This document shows, piece by piece, positions 41,501 to 55,432 of a DNA stretch of 62,257 bases. Made by a program: the position numbers and the translations under genes. Below the pieces are notes generated by a model. It was not told the origin of the DNA, did no database searches, and saw only the letters and a list, made by a program, of their open reading frames with translations. The DNA is from Trichinella spiralis. Its lineage: Eukaryota. Where the stretch lies: positions 8,845,472 to 8,907,728 of the forward strand of contig NW_003526943.1 in assembly GCF_000181795.1 (NCBI RefSeq), in the 5' to 3' direction. Position 1 is the stretch's first letter; each line of letters begins with the position of its first letter.

Positions 41501-43965
41501 TAATAACGTAAAAATAAGTTGTGAAGGAGCATTTTACTGTTAGATGAAAATTTAATAGTAACACCTTAAAAGCTTGTCTCCCAAAGTTACGGTTAAGCGG
41601 TTAACAGTTGACCTGGAGGAGCCAAATGGCCGTGACGCCGTGGACTAATTGAAGATCAGGGATACGAAGCCTGGCAGCTTACTGGAAGCAGATGATATTT
41701 AGAGCAGCGCCTCATATAGCAAACGCCCTCCCCACCCCGCGGCGAACGAGCTGTTCATTGGCTGTTCGAGTTAGCCACCCGCTGGGCCGCTAACACCGGG
41801 GCTGTAAATATAGAGCCACGAAGAGCGCAACCGCAACACAGTAGTAGTGCACGGTAGAAGCACAGCGCAAGAGAAGCGAGATCGAATCCGAGAAAACTGA
41901 ACCCAAGCCCTAGTTGACGATCCCAGAGACCAGCGTACACCGTGTTCACAAAACCATACAGTCCACTGACGAATTCCTGACAGCCGAACGTCTGTCATTT
42001 GTACCTGATTATCATTTACAGTCGGCTGTAGCTTGTTGTTACAACTAATTCAGGGATTTAAATAATTGAAAAAGACGATTAAGTACTCAGAAAACGGTGG
42101 TAAGAAGTCATAAATGTCACATATTGCATGAACTGCAGAAAAAGATATGCCACCGCAGAACGAACTACCAACCGATCGGTAGAAGGAATTCCTATAGCAC
42201 CTGATTATCAGAAACATAACGGTAGATGGCGGCCGTGGCGAGCGACGTGGTTGACGTCAGGGGTGTTTGTGCTCATTTGTTTGTCGCTCGTGGTATGCTA
42301 AATCACTGTGATTGTTGGCAGCACGATCTAATAAATGCCACAATCCACTTTTCCGTTGTTTTCTTCTTTTATGCCGAATGTTTTCGTCATAAGATCACTA
42401 CAGATTGCAATGACTGACGTGATAGTACTGAAACGGAGTCCGATGCGCCAGCACGTTACGTCTTTGAAATGAAGTAAGTGCTTCTTCGATTTGTGTTGTT
42501 CCCAGCTATCGACGTTTACGATAAAGAATGCAAGATCTTGGTTGTCCAGACCTGAAGAATTTCTCGTGCTTCAAAGTATTCCGAACTAACAGTGATTCGT
42601 CATCGGCCGCTATTTGCTTGGCGATGTAGCCTGTAAATGTTCTATTCAGCGTGGTGAGGCAACCGAGTGAAGAGCGCTGAGTAGCAGAGCGGTACAAAGC
42701 GGCGCGGAGGTGTCGAAACGAATGGCAAAGACAAAGACAGCAGGCTGGGCGTAATGGTGGATAGGAGTAAATGTTGGAAAGAGTGTCAACAAAGGCTCGT
42801 CGACGTGTTGCACCGGTACAGGCACGTCATCTTTCTGAACGAAGATTATCTAGGGCGGACGGATGTGGATGGGTGGTAGATTTTGGAACCACCTTTTCAT
42901 GCAAGACTTTGAATCTGTGCAGAATTCAGCCCTCAGATTACATTTCTGGGATATATTGGATATTGTTAAAAAACACTTTCATTTGAGCCTGAGAATCCAG
43001 ATTAGCTACCATAACCCAGAAGTTTGGCAATGTGTGACGTCAGAGTTTCGATGTGTACGCATTATGGTGTGTGAGCGACGCGATTAGTGCGTGTGGTTTT
43101 GTTTGCTCGTGATCATTGAATTGTTGTCCAGAAGCGGAAGCGCAGTGTTGTCCTTCGCAAAGATTCAACACACATGAAATTGGACTCCGAGAAGCACGGC
43201 ATTACATAGCCACTTCAGCTATGATATTAGTACTCTAGCAACAACATTTGATTGCAGTTTGAACTGCCTGGACTACCGGAAGCGCAGTGTTGTCCCTCGC
43301 AAGGATTCACCACACATGAAAGTGAACTCCTAGAAGCACGGCATTATAAAGCCGCTTCAGCTATGATATTAGTACTCAAGCAACAATATTTGACTAGTCG
43401 TAGCGTATATATTTATTCGTTATTATTGTGCATCGATTTTTTCGTTCTTATTGTATTGTATATCTTTTCACCAAACTTGTTTCTTGTTGTAAAATAAAAC
43501 TTTATATATTATATTTGTTCAGTTGTGAAGGTCGTTTTAGGAATAGCAGAAAAGTGTGTGCCCAAAATATTGTTTTGTGAGCAGGGAAAATTTAAAGATA
43601 TAAAGGGATCACTTATAATAATAAAATAATGTTATGTAATCAATGAAGTGTGAAAAATTAAGTATTTTAAAGCATTTCTTAGTGCATCGTTTTGAAAAGA
43701 AAATATTCCTTCACTTTAACAACAAAGGAATTAATATCACTGTGCTTAACTAAAAGGTGTATGTCAGTCATCTTTCTTCATTTTATGCTTGAAAATGCAC
43801 ATGTTAAAACAGTAAAATTTAAGAATTGAAACATGAAGCTTAAAAATATTTAGTTCGGAAATGCTATAAATAATCTTTGTTAATAACGTAAAAATAAGTT
43901 GTGAAGGAGCATTTTACTGTTAGATGAAAATTTAATAGTTACACTTTAAAAGCCTGTCTCCCAAA
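38542..43965. repeat. Head-to-tail tandem array of a 2.35-2.38 kb composite unit (2 full copies plus a partial)
   Basis: Landmarks recur at CTAG 38661/41014/43394 and GTTACGG 39233/41586 (periods 2353 and 2380). The array ends at tctcccaaa (43965), where unique sequence resumes. Confidence 0.96.
39233..39690 (+). mobile_element. LTR-like module inside the 2.35-kb unit (also 41586-42043 and 61162-61508)
   Basis: Begins GTTACGGTT, like the TGTTACGGTT start of the LTR at 11671. GC-rich, with ATTGG (reverse CCAAT) at about 39405 and a TATA-like AAATATAAA at about 39453; ends near GTTACA. Confidence 0.45.
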
Positions 43966-46302
43966 AGCTTTGTTTCCAAAATTAGAAAAGGATGGCTGTG
44001 AATTTCCATATTAGGTAAATCATTAGCAAAACACTCACCTATGTTAGATGAAAATTTAGTAAATAACTATCAACCAATCGCAAATCAAAACTGGATAGCT
44101 TATGAGACGTCATAACTCATCTTCAAATTAAAAATCCATTTATAAAAGCCAATTAAAAGCAGAGGCCAGAATGGAGCGGATAAAACAAGAAAAAGACCAA
44201 TTCATGTCATTATGGCAATATTTATGAGTTAATAAATGAAAAATTGTGGTAAACATTATATGTCATTTTATTATTTAGACAAGCGCATTATTTTTACACT
44301 TTATACTTAACAAATTTAATTAAGTATTTATAATTTTACCTTATATTAAAGTGTAGAATTTTTAAATTACATCATTAATCATTTTAGCACTTTTATATAT
44401 TTACTTTTTTCATTAATATGAAGTGGAAGTTTTTTGTTTGAAGTCAACTGTGCACTACTTGATGTTTACCTTTTACTTTAACTATGAATACTCCCCAGTG
44501 AAATATAGAATTTATTGTTGATGAAATGACATAATAAAAGAATAATAGGCTGGACATTTTGGAGAAGTGAAAACGCTGTAACTGTGTTTGACGAATATTG
44601 CAGTGAAATTTCATTGCAGATTAAATGAAATAATAATTTGAAATTCAGAATGACATATAATAAATGCTTAATTTAATGTTGTTTAAATTGTTAGAATTTG
44701 TCCTATTCATAGCTATGTAAAATTTGAAACCCAAAATTTTGCAAAAAACATTGAAACTAATTAAAAAAGTGACAAGCTCTCTGAAACATTCTGCATCTAA
44801 TGAAATTATTATTTACTATAAAACGCTCATGTTTAGTTTTTTTAAATTTGACCTTTCTTAAAGAAATTTTTTCTTCCATCAAATGAGTCACATTTGAATA
44901 ACAACTTGTATAAAATCTTCAAAAATGATTCCTGAAATATTGTACAATTTACAAACATTAACTTTCAAATGGATGTAAATCCCGTAAATCAATCATTAAC
45001 ATTTGCAGTTATGAGTTTAATAAACAACCATTGTGAATATTAAACAGTTAATTTGCAATAAAATCGGCAGTTATGCAGTTTTCTTAATTAAAAAGATGCA
45101 TTAAGCAAGACAGTTTCAGCTGTAAAAATAAGAAAAAAATTGCTGACGTATGTTTTTAATTTAAATATTTTCATTTAGGCAATGGAGAATTTGAAATTCT
45201 ACTTTGCACTTCGTTGGTTTCAAAAATACCAGTCATTCATTAAGCTCCATTAATTAATTGTCTATTGGAAGTTGAATATATTTCGCGTAAAAATATATAT
45301 ATATTTACTATGTAGAATGGAGAATATCAGATTCCATTAATTTATGAATGAATATTCTTGTAATTTACAATTTTAAGCCTATTTAATATTTTATTTACCA
45401 TAAAATGTTATCTGTAGTAATAATGTTATATGCTAGAAATGAGTATTTGTTATGAAAAATTAAGACATTCATGTATCTACAATCAAACCTCATCATTAAG
45501 CAATAAATAATTTAAAAAATAATAAATATTAAGTTTAAAATAAATGAATTTTTATTCAATAGTGCTGAGAAATGAAATGAAATGAAATTTAAATTATAAA
45601 TTTTTCTTCTGCAATAATTACGGTAAATGATGATAATGATTTTTTTAATTATTAAAATTAACGTTCAACTTTTCCTGATAGAAAATTGCAAATGCATGCA
45701 TAATAGAAATTAATTCATAAATTTTAATAAATAACAAGAAAAAAATATTTTGATGATTAAAATTCCGCAAATGTGCGATGGATATAGTTGAAAGCACTTT
45801 AATATCAGATGAATACTTCCATTTTTTTTCAATATTCATGCTTGATTTAAATCATGCATTGTTACTTTTTGATGAATTCAAATCATTATGATAAGAAAAT
45901 AATAAATGAAAGACATTTTAGAAATTAAAAATAATTTTAACTTTTCTTATAAGATGGAACATTGATAAATAGATTCATTCATGTATATATATATATGCAT
46001 ATTTGCGAATATTTTTGAAGAGAATAATTTTTATGAATTTTCAATAAGTTATTGCTCTGCTTTGAATGGGCAATAATCAACGTATTCTGTCCGCGAATGA
46101 TCCGAAAACGGAAGACATTCATTGGCTCAATTCAAACCAATTAGCTGAATTGCAAATGGTTTAATGACCACTGTTTTACCATATTGGTGTCGATTACTTT
46201 TCAATACTTAAAAGGCTTGCCCTTCAAAGATTCAGTGCACAAAACGAAGCTTGTCAACCTTCTTGTCTGTCTCTATACTTTTCCTTGTTCACCATTAAAC
46301 AA

Positions 46303-48367
46303 ATGATGCATTCTTTGAAGAACATTACTGTCATCGCTTTAGTACTTACCACTTTGTGTGTCATCGTTGTGCATAGTGAGCCAAATTTGTATGACTGGTA
46401 CCAAAACAGTACGGGAATTTTGGTTCTTGCCTATTTTTTTTTAGCAAATTTACATATTGTTATTAATTTCAGGTGGCTCTCTAGAACGATTTCTTCAAGA
46501 ACTCAGAGAAAAACGAAAGCGTAAGTTCCACTTTTTCTGCAGCAATTTATAAAATTTTGTAAAACTGAATTTTAAACTTCTCACGAAAATGGTTTCTCAT
46601 GTTTTAAACTGAATTTTATTGATGCATCTCATTTGACTTTTATAACATTGTTTATTGCATAACTTGTCAAATTAAAGTGGCAATTCAAATGAAACATACT
46701 TAATTAAAGAAATTAGAACAATGCGTGTTTACAACCTATGTATTTATAAATAGAGAAGTGTATTTATAAAAATCATGCATGGAAACATGCTTATCCAAGA
46801 TAAATAGGCTCTACTAAAGAAAAGCATTCATTATAAGCGCAAGTTCAGATTAATCCCACTCAACTATTCTACTGTTTATATTAGCCATTAGATCTTTCTG
46901 TTAATTAATTACATCTAGTAGTTGTTTGAAAGTAAGCCTGATGAAAAGTATCCCGCCATCGTTGATGACGCTGGCAATAATTGTCATTTTGTGATTTAAT
47001 TGATTTCTTTCTTTAAACTAATCAAAACAAAGAGTCAAAATCATTTTACAACATAATTGGCAAAACGTAATTTTTTTCATTTTTGTTCATACTTTAAACT
47101 TGTTAAGCAGTTTTAATTTATCTTTATGATTAATTAATTAAGAAGAAAATTTATTATAAAAACTAATAATATGTGTTATTAATTATTCAACGAGAAGATT
47201 CTATTAAAGAAAAGTAAACACGACAAATACGTGAAAACAGAAATAATAGAATACACATGATTAATATATAATAATTAAAAAATATCTAACTGTCTTATTA
47301 CATTTTTACTATTTTTATTAAATATTATTTATAAAAATAAGAGCGGAATTTTTGGAAATATAAGAAAGTGACGTAGAAATTACAGACTAATTGTTTCCAC
47401 TTAAATTATTAATCCTAAATTTCACATCAGTAACTTTTTCCTCTTAACATTACGAAAATACAAACAAGCTGCATCAATCTATGGCTTCAGATAAGTGAGA
47501 TTAAAGATATACTTGTTTTTACACATGAAATGCAAAAAGATGTTCAACTTTACACATTTTGTACTGAAATCTTCAAACTTCTCTAACTCATTATAAAGTA
47601 TTTCACTTAGAAAAAGTTGTAGCACTTTTTGAAATAATGTAAATAAGCAAAGAATATTTAATCATTGGGAAGAACTTATTTATATTAAAAAATAAATTAT
47701 GGAATAAATATATTCTGATCATCATTTAATAATTGTTTATTTATTTAAAAAGTAAAACTTTACTGAGAAATTATCTAAATTAAAGGTTAATGTTTGATCA
47801 AATTGCATCCCATTAAGAATAAGAATGACTAGAATGCAGCTTAATGTCAAAGATGTGGAGAAATAATTCTCAATGGTCTCATTTCAGGCAGCAGAATTTC
47901 GAAATATTCACAAAATCAGGAAAGTATAAGACACCGAGGTAATGTTTTATCATCAACTGTACACTTAGAACGGCTTCGTTGTATGTTTCTGTGGAGCTTT
48001 TGCCATGCTAATTAATAGGATTAGACAAAATAATTTCATTTTTAATGCCGCTGCTGCTTTCAAATTTCAAAAATTAGAAAAATTAAACTGATGACAAATT
48101 CATGCAGCTTCGATGTTATAATCAATAATGATAGGCGGAGACACTGAGTTTACTTTTACTTTTCAAAAAATGAATCTATGCTTGTGAGATTTGAAAATTT
48201 TGCACTGTGACTAGGCAAAAATATGTTATCAAAATATTGGAAATTTGCTATTTTTAGCAAGCATTGGCCTCAGTTTAGCGGAATATATGGCTGATCCGGA
48301 AAGATCCCAAGATTTTCATTTTCTCCGCGGTCGAAAGAAAAGAATGATCCAGTTCTTCAATTCCTAA
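46303..48367 (+). CDS. nlp-49: Neuropeptide precursor, NLP-49-like, 3 exons, 87 aa
   Basis: Exons 46303-46408, 46473-46520 and 48258-48367 (GT-AG, both introns phase 1) give MMHSLKNITVIALVLTTLCVIVVHS-EPNLYDWYQNSGSLERFLQELRE-KR-KPSIGLSLAEYMADPERSQDFHFLR-G-RKKR-MIQFFNS*. This has a signal peptide, basic cleavage sites and an amidation Gly. The core resembles C. elegans NLP-49 as I recall it (SPSMGLSLAEYMASPQGGDNFHFMPS-amide). Confidence 0.88.
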
Positions 48368-49932
48368 CATTGCAAAGCTCACTTTATACAAGAAGGAACT
48401 TTTTCAACTTGCTTCAACCGCAAAACAATATAATTTCAATGCTTTTCCATTCACTCGCTTGCATGTATCACAATAATATCACACAACAAATTATAATTAT
48501 AAAGTTGCAACAGAATGATTATGAAAATGCGCTTTCAATTGAATAAATGATTGAAAATTAAATGAAAATTAATAAATTAAATGAATAAATAAATAGCATG
48601 AATAAAAAGTGCGCAAGTTTATAAGTTACATGCAAAGTTTTGCTTCGATGAATTCATTTTATTCTGTTTTATTTTATTTCACGTTTTAAATGGAAAACAT
48701 AACTCTTAAACCATTATCATTTAATTGATTGTAATTGTTGCAATTCTGAAACATAACATTAATTAAAATTAACTGTTATGCATTATTATATACGGGCACA
48801 ACTATTATAAACTGAGAAAAGAATAATGAACACTCTTAAAATCTAATATTAAATGAATTCATTTAGCTTAAAACTTTTTGCAGGATTAAAAAGCAATGCT
48901 TACTTACATTTAACTGAAAAATTAATCAAAACAAATTATTACTTTTTGTTTAAAATAATTTAAGCAAACTTGAAACGCATTATTTAAAATATTAAGGTAA
49001 CTTTAAAGTAAATAACTATTAATATGTTCAAAATGCTGTTTGAAAACAAAAATCACATCAGCATGCAATAATGCAATTATAATGGCACAATGCTAGTGAT
49101 TCATTAATATTACGTCGCGTTAAGTTACTATTCTAATTATTAATGCATTTAATTACTCTCATAAAGTTCAATGTCAGTGTAAACTGCTGATTATTTCAGT
49201 CCCAGGTGATTAATCTAAATTTCAAGCATCACATAATATTTTGCAAAACAAAAAGATATCTTCAACGTAAAAAAGTTTGATAATTTAATTACAGTTTGTA
49301 AAATACAAATGCAATGAAATTATGATGCGAAGCTTTTATATTGCTTTCTCGTGAGGTATATTTTGCTCACGTATCCTGATTAAAATAAGAATTTATTTAA
49401 CTGGTTTAATATAAATTTCATTATTTCACAGTTACATTCAGATACGTTTTTTAATGTGATTTATGATTATGCTTCTGAATAATAACTAACTGTAAATTCT
49501 TTTTTAATATTGAAGAAATTAATTTTATTCAGTTGCGCATCAAACAATTGTATTAATTTTAAAAATTTATAAATTTGAAAATTTTGAAATCATAAGCTGC
49601 AAATGTGCGACATGATTGGGGTTAAAAATTCAAAATGCTTTACTGATTATGTAAATAAATTATTTTTTAATAAAAAGTTGGACAAGGAACTAAAAAATAC
49701 AGTTCAGAAGAAATAAAAATTGAGAGCATTGCATTTTTTCATATGACTTTAAAATTAGTATAATAACACTTTGTAATATGATGTTAATGATATAATACTT
49801 AGTAACATGACGTAAAAACGTCTTTTCAGCATTACAGTAGTAAACATGAAGTAGCATTACTTATATTTGTTCTTGAAAATCTAATATTGGTAGTACTGTA
49901 TTTTTTGTTCGTAAATCTAAGCTGTTGTCAAA

Positions 49933-52900
49933 ATGGAGAAAAGGTCAAATTTGTTTGAAATTCCTCTTTATAACAACAAAAATGAAGTCATCGAAATTGA
50001 TTTCGATTCGCACATACCCGATGCAAAAGAAATTATGGATATTCTTGTTCAAGAACGTGCGCCTCTATACTTATGGATCAAACTGGCAGTATGTAATTTG
50101 TATATTTTTTAAAAATATATTATTGTCACTTAATTTCATTTAAGCTTGAATATTATAAGCGAGGCCGAGATTCAGATTTTGCAACTCTACTTGAAATGAG
50201 TGGAACCGACGCTTATGTGAATTATCCAGATTACGCCAGAGATCAGATGCGTGCTCTGGATTTGTTAGCTGCTTATTTTGTTCAAAAAGTGAAATATTTT
50301 ATTTAAATTTGAAGAAACAATTTTAATGGACAGTATTTAGGGAACGAAAGAGAGGTCAAAAGATGAAAGAGCTGAAATACTAGCAAAATCCACTGTTTTA
50401 TATACAACATCCGACAAAGTAAACATGTATGACAAGGTATTGGAATATCTTATTACAGAATATAAGGTGAAATATGTTGTTTTTTTAAAACAACTTTAGT
50501 ACCACTTACTTGGTCGAGCGTATTTGTGTTCTCAAGACTGGGAAAAAATTGATCAGGCTGATGCGCAATTTAATTTTGTGCTCAATCAAGTATGTTTTTT
50601 GTCGTTTTTAAAAACTTTACTATTATTATTCTCCGTTGAAGACGCCGAATAGTACTGCTGCTTTACTTGGAAAAGCTGCAATAGCTTTCAAGAAAAAAGA
50701 TTATAAAAATGCATTACTTTATTATAAAAAAACTTTGAAAACGAATCCAAATTGTCCAGCTGAAGTGCGACTTGCTATGGGCAATTGTTTTGTCAAACTG
50801 GGTCATTTAGCCAAAGCACGGTAATAATTGATTGCATTATTTTTTGAATTATGAATTGTTCATGAAATATTGTTTGTTTAGTCTTGCTTTTCAAAGAGCT
50901 TTGGAATTGAATCCAAATTGTGTGGGCGCTTTGTCCGGCTTGGCTATTTTGGAAATGAAAGATGGCACGGCGGAAAGCATCAAATCTGCTGTACATCGCT
51001 TAACCCGAGCTTATAGCATTGACAAAGAGGATCCTACAGTTTTGAATCAGCTTGCAAATCATTTCTTTTTCAAAAGAGTACTTTTATTAGTAGTAGTACA
51101 GTGTCGTATTGGCGTGTTTGTTTATTTGTCTAATTTTACAGGATCGACAGTACTCCCATCAGTTGGCGCTGTATGCTTTTCATAAAACTGAAAACGAGGC
51201 ACTGCGAGCAGAAAGTTGTTTTCAACTGGGTCGAGTTTGTCACGCTCATGTATCGATTAATTTGATTTACTTTTTTTTGAATTTTAAATAAAATTCAAAT
51301 TTTTTTCTAGGGCGAATATGAGCAAGCTTTTCAATATTATTATCAAGCGAATCAATTTCAAAGCCCGGCCTCTCATTTACCCCTTTATGGATTGGGTCAG
51401 ATGTATATTCAACGTTCCGACAATGACAAGGAAAATGTGAGTTGTGTTTTATTTTTCAATAGCATGCACACTGTCAGAGGTTAATGAATGAAATGATCGT
51501 GATTTTTCACATTACATTTCTATCTGTGTTTTAAATATTACCTTTATGTGATACTGTTTGTTGTATTTGTTTACTTTATTGCAATGCACTGCAGTTTTAT
51601 TACAAAATGTACAGTTATGATAAACACGGCACGGAAATTTTCAGGCAATTCAATGCTTTGAAACTGTTTATGCTCGACATCCGGAAAGTCAAGAAACTTG
51701 CAGAATTTTGGCTTCATTGTATGCCAGCTCGAATAACATGGAAAGAAAAGCGAAAGCTAGGGTAAAAATCACGCTTTAAATATTTGTGAAACAGTTTTGT
51801 GTTGAATGATTTTTTTTCTTTATTTAGACAATGTTTGCAAAGTTAATTGAACACAATGATGATGATGTAGATACTTGGGTTGAATACGCGATGATTTTGG
51901 CCGACTGTCGAGGCTATGTATGTGAATCATGGCAGAAGAAGAATTATTTTTAAAAAAAAATATTTGTGGGAGATTTAGGAGATACAAGCTTTAAAAGCGT
52001 TTGATAAAGCGATGAAGCTTTATTTGGAAAAGCCGGATATAGAAATTCCAGCAGAATTTTACAATAACGTCGGTGCGATGCACTTCCGTGCAGCGAAGTA
52101 TACTGAAGCAGCGGTAACAATTTTCTAATAATTTATTTTTGTATCATTTAATGCTGTCATATTTTTTCCAGTCATATTTTGAAAAAGCATTGCAAAAAGT
52201 GAGCAGTATTCCTACCGATCATCCACTTTACAATTCACTGTGGGTAACGTGCTCGTATAACCTTGCGCGTGTGAAAGAATTGCTGTATGAATTGGAAGAG
52301 GCGGAGAAAATGTACAAAGATATACTACGCCGACATCCGGCATATGTTCACTGTAGGTTTTTTATCATTTGATTTTTGTTGAATTTGTTTCATTTTATTG
52401 AATTTTTTTGCAGGTTATCTTCGTCTAGGATGCATGTCAAGAGACAGAGGACAAATTTATGACGCGTCCGTTTGGTTCAAAGAAGCGTTGCAATTTAATC
52501 CGGTATTTAAAAATAAAAATTTTAATCTGCACTAATTTGACTAGATAGAGCTGACAGTTGAATTTGCTTTTTCGCGGCATTTGTTGTTAGCATATTTATT
52601 TATTTTGTAGGATGATCCGGACGCTTGGACTTTGATCGGAAATTTGCACTTGGGCAAGCAAGAATGGGGACCGGCGCAGAAAAAATTTGAACGGATCTTG
52701 AAACAGCCATCCACGGCTCATGATCCTTACAGTTTGGTCGCTTTGGGAAATGTTTGGTTTCTCAGTTTGCAAAGTTACAATCACGAAAAGGAAAAGCAAC
52801 GCAAATATGAAGATCGTGCGTTGTCGCTTTACAAGCAAGCGCTTCGGGTTCACCCTGAGAATATTTTGGCCGCAAATGGAGTCGGTGAGAATTTGGATGA

Positions 52901-55432
52901 GTTTGTTTTCTTGTTTAATGAAAATTTTCATATTTACAAAAATTGTTATAGGATGTGTTTTGGCTCACAGGGGCTATTTTCAAGAAGCCAAGGAAGTTTT
53001 CTCTAGAGTTTGTGAAGCCACGGGCGATTTTGTCGACGCTTTGCTAAACATTGCGCACATATACGTCGAATTGAGAAACTACGTTGCCGCTATTCAGACG
53101 GTTTGATTATTAAATTAAAAAAAATTTTTTTTTTCATTTTTAATTTTCTCAATTTCAGTACGAGTGTTGCTTGAAAAAGTTTGCAATTCACGGGCGTTTG
53201 GACATTTGGCAATGTTTAGCTGTTGCGTATTACAGAGCCAATCGTCTTCCGCAGAGCAAACGCATACTTCTTTCAGTAAATTTACATTTTTTGCATTTGC
53301 ATGTTTAATTATTTATTATTCATATTGTTTTATTAATGTTATTCAGGCTAGAATTTTTGCACCGTATGATGCGATGACGTTGTACAGTTTGTCTTTTGTT
53401 TTGAAAAGGCACGCTGTGCATGTGATGAAAGATCTGAAATCCGGCCTGAAGCAAGTGTTGGATGCGGTGAAAGATTTGGAAGTTGCCGAACGGTAAGTGT
53501 TTGTTTTTTTTGAAATTTAATTTAATTTATTGTAATAAAATTCTGCGTACGCGATCCATTTGTTCTATTACAATTAATTATTGATCAAATACAAAAATAT
53601 AGGCAATTTTTGTTTTTGGCAAAATTCACCGATGTGTCGAGCAGTGTTCGACGCGGTGCGGCAATAGAAGGGCAAAAGTGCACGGATATTCTTTCCCAAG
53701 CGCAGCATCACGTCGAACGAGCGCAGCGTAAAGAAGAAGCCGAAAATGAATTGCGTCGAAATTTGGAAGAAGAAAGGCGTCTTCTCCTTGAAAAGCAGCA
53801 AGAAGAACAAGTTAGTGCAAATTTTCATTTGTTGTCAGCTATATTTAAATATTCTGTGAAAGGACAATTCTGGTTCACAAAATTATTTTATGAGAAAAAT
53901 GTATCCGTATGAAAAAAAAACATTTCACTTCTGCTACAGATTGTTATTATTATTTTCAGCAAATTTTTTTTTGTAATGTTCTTCACAGATTTTTGAGAAT
54001 TGGAATTTTTTCTTTTTTTCTCTTTGATTTTTTAATGGGGGGATCTTTAAACAGAAAAATGAATCTATATGCAGTGAATTGAAAAACAAATATTTGTATC
54101 TGTATATCTGTGTGCGCACTTTGGTGAATGGATAAATTTTCAGAGACTGAAAGAGGAGGAAAGGAAGCGTCTTCTTGAAGAGCAAGAGATTCGACGTAGA
54201 GATTTTATTGAAAGGACTAAAAAGCTGTTGATCATGCCAACTTTTGAAGAGGAAAAGCCAAAAAGAGCTCCAAAGGTACATATATATATACATATTAATA
54301 TATATGTACGTTAATATATATAACGTTAATATATATATATATATATATTAACGTTCATGAGAAAGTGAAGTAATTTTTCCATGCAGGGTAGAAAGCGAAA
54401 AGATGAAGAGTTTGTCAATGATGACAGTGATCTCGGCGATTGGGAACCTGGCCGTCAGTCGTTGCCAAAAAAGAGGAAACCCAAAGCGTTGCCAAAAGAA
54501 CGACGCGGTAGACAGAATGAAAAACGTCGTTTACGGTATGTTAATTTTTTCTTGAATAGGAATATCTGTTTTTTGTGAATTTCTCTTTTTACGTTCAACA
54601 ACAATACAGAACTGCTACTACTGACAGTGAAGCTGAAGCTTCTACGGCAAATGTTTCTAAGCCTAAAAATCGTCGTGAGGCATTGTCCGATTTGAATGCC
54701 AAGCAGAAAGCAAAAAGTAATAATATTAATAATAAGTTGTCAAACTTTTTATTAATTTTTTGTTTTTAGTTAAAAGTCGTGAAATCTTGTCATCCACTTC
54801 GTCTTCCGGCGATAGTGCAAAGTATGCTTTTTCTTTTTCTTTCTTACTTTTTTGCGTTATTTATTTTTTAATAAGCATAAACAACAATATGTTTACGTTC
54901 GATGTTGAACGGTTCCAATTTTAATTTCTTGTTTTTTTTTTAATTTTAATTTCATTTTGTATTTGTTGTTGATGCACACGTTCATTATACAGGGATGCCA
55001 TGGAAAGACCAAGCACTTATTTGGGGACTCCGGAACAGTCGGATGTCAGTCAATCTAATATTGTTGTTAAAAAGGAAGATTTTGAAGCTCAAGGTGATGA
55101 TGTTGACGTTGATGATGTGATTAGGGAAGTTTTTGATGAACCAGAAACGGCGGAGATAAAAACAGAAATCAAACCACCTTCTCGAAAACGTTATGCTTTT
55201 GTAAGTATAATAAAATTGTATTTTTTTTTGTTCACGCTAGGCGGATATGAATGTTCAGTTTTTACTTTGCTGATGAAGCATAAATACTGCAAGAAAAAAC
55301 AACATAATAATGTTCTTCATAATTCAGGAAAGTGAAGAAAGCGATTCTGGCTCAGAAATACGTCGCATCCCAAGGGATCGATTTATACTTGAGAGCGACG
55401 ATTCTGACGACGAAGACCCACAAGAAGAATAG
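49933..55432 (+). CDS. CTR9: PAF1 complex TPR scaffold CTR9, multi-exon
   Basis: [148 protein letters not shown] and an acidic/basic tail. Stop TAG at 55430-55432. Confidence 0.96.

Noticed and set aside
38555..43497. Recurrent short ORFs in the 2.35-kb unit (MQFELPGLPEA..., MYRSATQ..., MAAVASD...)
   Set aside because: They recur only because the DNA is repeated. They overlap in several frames, stops vary between copies, the 142-bp period is not a multiple of 3, and no domain is recognisable.
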